A stretch of DNA of 64,000 bases, from NCBI GenBank assembly GCA_965220325.1, contig OZ244821.1, positions 1,331,820 through 1,395,819 of the forward strand, in the 5' to 3' direction. The DNA is from Candidatus Poribacteria bacterium. Its GTDB lineage: Bacteria; Poribacteria; WGA-4E; WGA-3G. Position numbers and translations under genes: made by a program. Of the stretch, positions 44,153-52,195 are shown one piece after another. The first letter of the stretch is position 1. Every line of letters begins with the position of its first letter. A model generated the notes under the pieces. It was not told where the DNA came from. It saw nothing but the letters and a program-made list of their open reading frames with translations, and did no database searches.

Positions 44153-46115
44153 GAACCTTACTGGCAGCGTGGTGACACTCACGCTCAGCGGGCGGCATTT
44201 TACAGACGAATGGGACATTGAGCGTGCTTTGACGTTCTCTGGTATTGAGGGTGTTTCTATTCCAAGCTACGACGGTGTAGAACGTGTAAGTAACACGGAA
44301 GCAAAGGTTACCTTGTCATACTCTGGCAATATAGACACAGATAGCACGTTTACTTTGGAAGTAGGCGCGGGTGCTATAACCAGCTACAATGAAGGATTTA
44401 CCTTTGAATTTCCCGTCACTGCTGTTGAAGAGAGGTTGGAAATCTCAACAGAATCTCCTTTGACAGAAGCAGCACTGAATGGTGGCACTATCACACTCAA
44501 GCTCATCGGACGTCAATTCACATGGTGGCGACAGGATATTGAAGAGGCAGTGACATTAACTGGCATTGAAGGTCTGAGCATCGGCAGATTCAGTGTTGAT
44601 CGTGAAACTGGAGATGTGGTGCTAATTCCGCTTGTCTTTAATGGCAATATAGACACAGATGCTACACTTACCATTGAGGTCGGAGCAGGTGCAATCGCAG
44701 GCTATAACGAAGCATTCACCACACAAATACCTGTTACGTCGGTAGAGGAGTCACTGGATATATCATCTAAGTTTAACTTGAATGAGGCAACGCTTAACGG
44801 AACTGAAGTTATATTAAAACTGAATGGTCGTTCTTATGTGTCGTCATTCTCTGACATCCGCAATGAAGTGTCAGTTACTGGTATTGAAGGTGTCACTTTC
44901 GATGATTTCTTTGATGTGGACCGTGTCAATGACAATGAGGTGGTGGTTGAACTGAGTTTTGACGGAACAGATTTTGATATTGACAGCACGCTCACCTTTA
45001 CTGTCGGTGCAGAGGCAATTTCTGGTTACGGCGAAGCATTGACTGCCCAACTTCCGGTTACTGCGATAAAGCAATCCAACGGGACAATCAGCATCTCGCC
45101 GAACCCGGTCGTATCTCCACCACTTTTTGAACAGTTGACTGTCAGTCTAAATATTACAAGCGGGGAGAATGTTGCTGGGTTTCAAGCTATCGTTTGGTAT
45201 GATGATGACACACTCAGATATGTGGAAAGTGCTAAAGGCAATTATCTGCCAGCGGATGCGTTCTTTGTGGCCCCAACTGTTCCAGAGTATGAATATTATC
45301 CGTATCCTTATGTGCCAATTGCTACAACCGCTCTTGACGGCGTAAGTAATGGTAACGGCACACTCGCCACCGTCACCTTTGAAGTTTATGATGATATTAA
45401 AGAATCTGAGATAACCTTGACGAATGTCTACATTGTAGACCGTGAGGGTATTCGGTGGGAAGTTGAGATTGAAGGCACTGATGTGACTGAACCGGCGCAC
45501 GATGTCGTTGGAGATATTAACCGTGATGGTCTGGTGAACATCCGCGATTTAGTGCTTGTGAGTTGGCGTTTTGGTTTACGTGACGAAAATCGCGCGGATA
45601 TTAACGGAGACGGCATTGTTGATATAGCTGACCTTGTGCTCGTTGCAAATGCGTTGGGTGCGGATGCAGCTGCGCCATCCTTAAATCCACAGATATTGGA
45701 ACAGCTCACCGCCGCAGATGTGAAAGAATGGCTAACCCAAGCGCAGAAAATCACACTGACCGACCCCGATTATAAGCGCGGAATTAGTGTGCTGGAGCAA
45801 CTCCATAAGGCGCTGACCCCTAAAACGACAGCACTCTTGCCAAACTTCCCTAATCCGTTCAACCCGGAAACGTGGATACCCTACCACTTATCAAAAGATG
45901 CGGATGTCACACTGCACATCTATGCTGTGAACGGCATATTGGTGCGAACGCTGGTACTTGGGCATCAAGCTGCAGGTCGGTATCAAAGTCGTTCCCGTGC
46001 GGCATATTGGGATGGCAGAAACGAACGCGGTGAACCCGTCGCAAGCGGTGTTTACTTCTACACACTCACGGCAGGCGATTTCACTGCTACACGTAAGATG
46101 TTGATACGCAAGTAG
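44153..46115 (+). pseudogene. 3' part of the IS-disrupted gene: 2.8 modules, cohesin-like domain, dockerin-like pair, T9SS-type C-terminal domain
   Basis: Removing 42713..44161 rejoins ...PLTEANLT|GSVVTLTLSGRHF... in frame, giving a ~1425-aa protein with 10 modules. The 27 N-terminal codons of the 44073 track ORF are IS sequence. Confidence 0.8.
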
Positions 46116-46446
46116 GACCGGTAGGTGCGGTTTTGCGGTGTACTTGAAGAAATCCGCAGAAACACCCAAGCAAAAACCGCATAAGCGATCTGCATTCCTA
46201 ACCGCACCTAACCCCATCTAAAAAGGAATATTTATTCTGACAACAACACATTCCTAATACCATTTCTAAATAAACGCCTGTCATTAATCAAAAACTGGAA
46301 ACCCGTAGTAGGGCAATTCATTGCCCGTCTTACATGCGGATGTCCCATAGCGTTTCAAAATCTCTATAATGCAGCTTTATTTTTTAGATTTGGTATAAGA
46401 TCAATTTTCGGGAAAAACTGCATTATAGTAGATCCGGTAATTTACT

Positions 46447-47472
46447 TCATACATCTATCCGATAAACGCGAACAGCAGTATCGTGGAACAGCGCATCGCG
46501 TTCATCAGCCGAGTATCCTGATGACAACCGTTTGAAGGCGTTATACATCACGTTGTAGGAAAACGAGACCTTGTCGACGGGGAAATTGCTTTCAAACATA
46601 CAGCGTTCTGGACCGAACTGCTCAATACAATAATTCATAATGGGTGCTATAGATTCCGCCAACTCTTCAGAACCGATCGGTTTTTCGCGTTCGTGCCAAT
46701 CAAAACCGGTGCGCGGCATCCCGATGCCACCGAGTTTGATGTTAACATTCGGGCATGCTGCTACAGCAGCGATACCGCTTCGCCAAGTCGCTAACACTTC
46801 ATCATCCCTTCCACCGTAAGGACCGACCCGCAGCAACCCACCAATATGATTAAGAATAATCGTCAAATCCGGTACAGTTTTCGCAAAATCGGCGAGTTCC
46901 GGGAGTTGAGGGAAGAACAACCACGCCTCAAAAGACATCCCCATACCTTCCAGCACCCGCGCACCCGCCCGGAAATCATCGCGCGCCAATTGTCCCGCTG
47001 TCTTGTATGCAGAAGGACCTCCGATCTCTGGGTACGGATCCGAGGTGACAGAATGCCGGATACCGCGAAACCGATTCGAACTTGCTGCCTGCAAGGCTTC
47101 CAGTACAGGCTCTACGCGTTCACCTAAGTTCAGGTTGGCGTGTCCAACAATCGCAGCGGCAGCGCGGCTCGTGCCGTATAGACCGCTTGCACTCGCAGCG
47201 GCTAACCCTTGCACAAATTCCACTTCACCGACAGGACGCATCTCTTCCGGTCCGTCAGCGCGATACATCGCTCGCGCCTCAACAAACACAGTAGAGCGCA
47301 CATTGTGCCCGCTATCAATGTCTGCAATTAACTCATGGAGCAGATAGCGTTGGTAAGGAATACGCTCGGTTCGGAAATCCCAAAAATGGTGGTGCGGATC
47401 GCAGATTGGGATGTCTGGTTCCAGCGTCGGTTCTTCGGTTAAAGCGAGCCAGTCGTTGCCTCCATAAGGCAT
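46447..47472 (-). CDS. Amidohydrolase-2 family (TIM-barrel metal-dependent hydrolase)
   Basis: The N-terminal CDPHHHFWD metal-binding motif is typical of PF04909-like enzymes. The ATG at 47472 has GGAGGT upstream. The track ORF is 27 codons longer. Confidence 0.7.
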   Translation of the reverse strand: MPYGGNDWLALTEEPTLEPDIPICDPHHHFWDFRTERIPYQRYLLHELIADIDSGHNVRSTVFVEARAMYRADGPEEMRPVGEVEFVQGLAAASASGLYGTSRAAAAIVGHANLNLGERVEPVLEALQAASSNRFRGIRHSVTSDPYPEIGGPSAYKTAGQLARDDFRAGARVLEGMGMSFEAWLFFPQLPELADFAKTVPDLTIILNHIGGLLRVGPYGGRDDEVLATWRSGIAAVAACPNVNIKLGGIGMPRTGFDWHEREKPIGSEELAESIAPIMNYCIEQFGPERCMFESNFPVDKVSFSYNVMYNAFKRLSSGYSADERDALFHDTAVRVYRIDV

Positions 47473-47583
47473 TATGAATACCTCCATATCTATAGTTACT
47501 CGATTTGTTCCATTTCGCAAGTACACTGTAGGGCATCCGTGCCTTTTTGTCAAACAAGTTTTGATTCTTTAATTCTGCTTTTC

Positions 47584-47612
47584 TTGCTTATGAAATGTAT
47601 TTATGCGATAAT
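47584..47612 (+). promoter_or_regulatory. Sigma70-type promoter candidate for the Reg_prop gene
   Basis: TTGCTT (47584..47589), a 17-nt spacer, then GATAAT (47607..47612). It lies about 60 nt upstream of the ATG at 47671. Confidence 0.35.
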
Positions 47613-47670
47613 AGTTGTCAAATCATAAAACAACGCTTGGATTAACTCCCATGAAGGGGTAACTTTAGAA

Positions 47671-50600
47671 ATGATGAACCGATTAGATGACAACGATCCT
47701 CCGATTATGCTTGAAAGTGTAGGATTCAAGGGCAAACGCTCGTCCATCGTTCTAGTTGTATGTCTTTTATTTTTATTTTCTCTCTTCGTAATTACGAGTT
47801 GCGGTCCACTGGTAACCACCGATCCGCAATCTGGCATTCCGCTTAAGGATTCTGATACAAACTCGCGTCCTAAAAAGATGTGGCCCGTGAAACGGACGCT
47901 CGTCAGCAACGAAGTCAACTGTATTGCAGCAGATTCGGAGAACGTATGGATTGCAACAGCACACGGGATTTCGCGTTGGGAACGCACCGAAGATAAATGG
48001 CTGCACTACACGATGGAAGACGGACTGGCGAACGATATGGTGAACGCCGTTGCGATTGATGGGCAGTGGGTCTGGTTCGCTACGGATGAAGGCGTGAGTC
48101 GCTACGATATACAAACGGATACCTTTGCGACCTTCCGAACTATTGACGGCTTAGCGAGCGACCAGGTCTCCTCTATTGCTATTGATGGAAATTACGTCTG
48201 GTTCGGAACGTCTAATGGACTCAACCGCTATGACAAAACAATTGACAGTTGGGCGGTACGTACCCGGAAAGACGGGTTGGTCAGCAAAATAATTACAACC
48301 ATCGCTGTTGAGCCGGAGTACGTCTGGGTCGGCACCGATAGGGAAATCAACCCCGATCCGCATGGATGGGATCGGGATCCGAGGTTCAGCAAAGGCGGTG
48401 TGAGCCGCTACCATCGAGATACGGATTCATGGAATAATTATACAAAATCAGATGGTTTGATAGGCAGCGAAATCGCTACTATTGCCGTGGACGATGACAG
48501 CGTTTGGTTTGGGACAGAAAAAGAAGGGGTCAGTCAATACAATCAGGTCGATCAGACCTTCATTAAGACGTATACGAAAACCGACCTGTTGAAAAGCAAT
48601 ATGATGACCTGTATCCGTACAGATGGCTTCCAAGTCTGGTTCGGGACCGCCAACGCCGGTGTACACCGATTTATCAAACCCGTCAATACCTGGGTGCATT
48701 ACACCAAAGCAGACGGACTGTCAAGCAATCATGTGAGTTGGATTACCACACACGGTAATGATGTCTGGTTTGCGAGTAAAGAGGATGGGGTGAGCCGCTT
48801 TGATAAAGTAACCGGTGAATGGATAATTTACAAACAAGCCGATTTTCTTGCAGATAACGATGTCCGAGCGATAACACGTGATACCGATGGGAACCTCTGG
48901 ATGGCAACAGTCGGCGGAATCTCGGTTTACGTGCCTCAAACGCGGAGTTGGGAAATTATATCCAAAGAAGATGGACTGCCAACGCCATACATCACGTCAA
49001 TACTTATTAGCCAGAATAGTCAACAGCCATCAGGTAAAAAGGCTGGTCAGTTAAGAGATGGATCCACTGAACCAGATTCCTCTTTGCTGATAGCCGACAA
49101 CCGACAGCAGACAGCCATTTGGATCGGCAGCGATCGAGGGCTTGGTACAGCTACAGATATAAGCACCGAATGGACTTTTCATACGCCGCGAAATAGCAAT
49201 CGGCAGTCAGCAGACAGCAGACAGCAAGAGGCTGTCGGAGCATCGAAAACATCTTCGCCGACAGCAGACAGCAGACAGTTTCCGACAGCCATTCACAGCG
49301 AAGCGTTTGTGACCGCCCTTGATACCGATGCGGCACGCGCAAACTCTGTTATCTGGCTCGGTACCAGTTTAGGACCCGCCATGTATGATCCAATATCTCA
49401 AAAATGGACCCAGCTTGACGTGCCGGATGCCCCCAAAGATCCGCTTATATTATCTGTGCTTGTTCACGATGGGAGTGTTTGGTTCGGGGGTGCTGAGGGG
49501 GTTTGGCGATATTTGATCGCCGATAAGCAGATGCACCCTGCTATCGATGGGCTTCCCGACCTGTATGTTAATGTCCTCTTCTCCACGGGTGAAAAAGGGA
49601 AAGAGGAGACACTTTGGGCAGGAACACGCCGTGGGCTTGCCAGGTATGACATCAACCGCCAGCGTTGGGTCCCGTTATCCTTTAACGCACAATTACCCTC
49701 CCCCAATGTTACTGCGCTCGCTTTTCGAGATGGCACGCTCTGGATTGGCACACCACAAGGTCTCGGAAGCTACACGATTGTTTCCGATTCTTGGAATTCG
49801 CTCTCAAACGTACCGTATAACATTCGCGACATACTGTGTGCGGAAACCGATGAAATACTTTGGCTAGCGACGGACATCGGTCTCGTTGAATATCATAGCC
49901 GTGAAAAAACCGAAAACGTAGTCCGTAATGTAATGAAGGACGGGTCCACGGAGAAGCACTTGAAAACACTGGGGAAACACCCCAGCAAAAACACCCGCCT
50001 CACCGAACCGCAAGGTACTATAAAAATACATCAATCCCGTCCCGTGCGGGAACCGTTCTTTGAGACCAGAGTCTCACACATCAAATTTGATGGCGCTTAC
50101 ATCTGGTTTAATAATTGGAGAGCTTCGCCGAACGGTAGTATCGTGCGTTTTCATCGCCCAACAGCAACGTGGCGACGTTTCACGCGTTTAGATATTCTGC
50201 AATCCACGCAGAAGAGATCCATGACCTTTATCCGTTGGACCTACGTCGATACTAATGCCGTCTGGTTCACCACGGACTACGGTGTTCTCCGTTATAATAA
50301 AACTACGGATACGTGGCAGCATTTTACGACAGAAGATGGACTCTCTACAGACGATGTGGATAAAATTGCTGTCAGTGAGCAGAGCGTCTGGGTTATTCCG
50401 ATGATAGGTTTGGAATTAAACCGTTATGATAAAGCAACTGGAACGTGGGAAGTGGTAGAAGAAGAGGGGCACCGTGAGATTGAGACTATAAAATCACTCG
50501 GGGTTGATGGCCCGAACGTCTGGTTCGCGTCTGGGCGCGGACTCACGCGTTACAATGAGGTCACCGGTGAATGGAAAAATTTCGGACCCAGGGACGGATT

Positions 50601-52146
50601 GGCAGGTAGAGGCGCCGAATGGATTACTGTGGATGACGATTTTATTTGGGTTGCGCGTTCGGAATGGGACAGAGGCAGCAACCGTCCATTATCCCGATAC
50701 GATAAGAAAACAAAAAAGTGGACAACTTTCTCAACGAATGACGTACTTGCTGCTAGGACCATTAGACGCATTATCGCTACAGAGAACGATGTCTGGATAC
50801 TCTACAGACCCTGGGATGACGCCGGTGTCACCCGATACGATCGGCGTACAAAAGAGTGGACGACAATCCGCTCTGGCCGCGGAACGCTCGAACTCGCAGC
50901 CGATGACGATTATCTCTGGTTAGCTGCACCCAACGAAGGGCTTCGACGATTTCATTTTGCCTCCGGCACCTGGACAACGTTTAAAGATATCGAGGGGCTG
51001 CTCCATAATCACGTCGGTGAGTACGGGCTTGCAGTCGATCAAGACTATGTATGGGTCGGAACCTTACGAGGGCTTTCGCGTTATGACAAGCGGAAGGAAT
51101 CCTGGACACCTCTGACATCACTGCCAACCCTTTTGGGACGCACCATCCGGACGGTAGATACAGATGAACGTTTCGTCTGGATCGGTTCCGATAAAGGGAT
51201 GTCCCGCTACGACAAGGTTTTAGGTACCTGGAAAAATTATCGACAGAAGGGTGGGTCTGAAAACATAGAAACCCACGGCGGTCATTGGCACCGACATGGC
51301 AGGAAAAAGAGGGACTCCCTCTCCGATAACGTTGTGAGTTCTATCGTTGTTGATGAACAATACGTCTGGATCGGGACACGCGATGGCGCGAACCGTTTTG
51401 ATAAGATAGCATTGCGGTGGGACCAATACAAAACTGAGCATGGGTTGCCTGCGAATAATATAACTTCTGTTAGTAGCGATGGCAGTAGCATCTGGGTGGG
51501 AACTAATTCCGGGATTGGGAAGTATCCGCGCACAGCGGATGACCTCAACGCATGGATTACTTACACATCTGGCACTGAAATCCAACCGTCTGCCGTATCT
51601 AAAGAGTTCGCAGAATCATTGGTTACCGATCAAATCTGGTGTATCACGGCGAGTAAGAGACACGTCTGGGTCGGCACACGCCGCGGGGTGAGCAAATACG
51701 ATGTGGGTAAAGACATCTGGAAAACAATCACAGTGGAAGATGGACTCGCAAGCGATGAAGTCAGTTGTATCGCTATCGATGGCGATCGCGTCTGGTTTGG
51801 CAGTGATCGTGGTGTAACGCTCTATAATGAAAAGGCAGACGTTTGGGCTGCCTATACAACAGAAGATGGACTCGCAAGCAACAAGGTTACCACCATCGGT
51901 GTTGATGGCACAGAAGTCTGGATCGGTACTTACAATGCCGGGGTCAGCCGGTTCGATCAGTTGACGAATACCTGGACAACTTACACACGAGATGATGGTT
52001 TGGCACATAATGGTATCCTTTCCATGGCTATTGATAGTAACTATGTCTGGTTCGGCACCTATCGCGGGTTGAGCCGCTTCGATAAACGCACAGGCATCTG
52101 GACGGTCTTCACAGAGGTCTATGGACCAGAAGACATTTTGAGGTAG
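47671..52146 (+). CDS. Membrane-anchored/lipoprotein giant (1491 aa) made almost entirely of two-component-regulator propeller (Reg_prop) repeats
   Basis: N-terminal hydrophobic segment ending ...FVITSCG. More than 25 repeats of the pattern V..IA.D...VW(F/I/V)(G/A)T..G(L/V)SRYD....W..YT..DGL. No kinase, HTH or other output domain. Confidence 0.75.
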   Translation: MMNRLDDNDPPIMLESVGFKGKRSSIVLVVCLLFLFSLFVITSCGPLVTTDPQSGIPLKDSDTNSRPKKMWPVKRTLVSNEVNCIAADSENVWIATAHGISRWERTEDKWLHYTMEDGLANDMVNAVAIDGQWVWFATDEGVSRYDIQTDTFATFRTIDGLASDQVSSIAIDGNYVWFGTSNGLNRYDKTIDSWAVRTRKDGLVSKIITTIAVEPEYVWVGTDREINPDPHGWDRDPRFSKGGVSRYHRDTDSWNNYTKSDGLIGSEIATIAVDDDSVWFGTEKEGVSQYNQVDQTFIKTYTKTDLLKSNMMTCIRTDGFQVWFGTANAGVHRFIKPVNTWVHYTKADGLSSNHVSWITTHGNDVWFASKEDGVSRFDKVTGEWIIYKQADFLADNDVRAITRDTDGNLWMATVGGISVYVPQTRSWEIISKEDGLPTPYITSILISQNSQQPSGKKAGQLRDGSTEPDSSLLIADNRQQTAIWIGSDRGLGTATDISTEWTFHTPRNSNRQSADSRQQEAVGASKTSSPTADSRQFPTAIHSEAFVTALDTDAARANSVIWLGTSLGPAMYDPISQKWTQLDVPDAPKDPLILSVLVHDGSVWFGGAEGVWRYLIADKQMHPAIDGLPDLYVNVLFSTGEKGKEETLWAGTRRGLARYDINRQRWVPLSFNAQLPSPNVTALAFRDGTLWIGTPQGLGSYTIVSDSWNSLSNVPYNIRDILCAETDEILWLATDIGLVEYHSREKTENVVRNVMKDGSTEKHLKTLGKHPSKNTRLTEPQGTIKIHQSRPVREPFFETRVSHIKFDGAYIWFNNWRASPNGSIVRFHRPTATWRRFTRLDILQSTQKRSMTFIRWTYVDTNAVWFTTDYGVLRYNKTTDTWQHFTTEDGLSTDDVDKIAVSEQSVWVIPMIGLELNRYDKATGTWEVVEEEGHREIETIKSLGVDGPNVWFASGRGLTRYNEVTGEWKNFGPRDGLAGRGAEWITVDDDFIWVARSEWDRGSNRPLSRYDKKTKKWTTFSTNDVLAARTIRRIIATENDVWILYRPWDDAGVTRYDRRTKEWTTIRSGRGTLELAADDDYLWLAAPNEGLRRFHFASGTWTTFKDIEGLLHNHVGEYGLAVDQDYVWVGTLRGLSRYDKRKESWTPLTSLPTLLGRTIRTVDTDERFVWIGSDKGMSRYDKVLGTWKNYRQKGGSENIETHGGHWHRHGRKKRDSLSDNVVSSIVVDEQYVWIGTRDGANRFDKIALRWDQYKTEHGLPANNITSVSSDGSSIWVGTNSGIGKYPRTADDLNAWITYTSGTEIQPSAVSKEFAESLVTDQIWCITASKRHVWVGTRRGVSKYDVGKDIWKTITVEDGLASDEVSCIAIDGDRVWFGSDRGVTLYNEKADVWAAYTTEDGLASNKVTTIGVDGTEVWIGTYNAGVSRFDQLTNTWTTYTRDDGLAHNGILSMAIDSNYVWFGTYRGLSRFDKRTGIWTVFTEVYGPEDILR

Positions 52147-52195
52147 TTGTCAGCATGTAGAGACGAGGTCCCCTCGCCCCTACGACTCATAAAAT

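Noticed and set aside
26192-46115. Possibility that the regular repeats are a CRISPR array or a diversity-generating retroelement target
   Set aside because: All repeats lie in one long open frame with protein-level conservation. There are no spacer-like unique units, no cas genes, and no reverse transcriptase or template repeat in the window. Variation is better explained by duplication and gene conversion.
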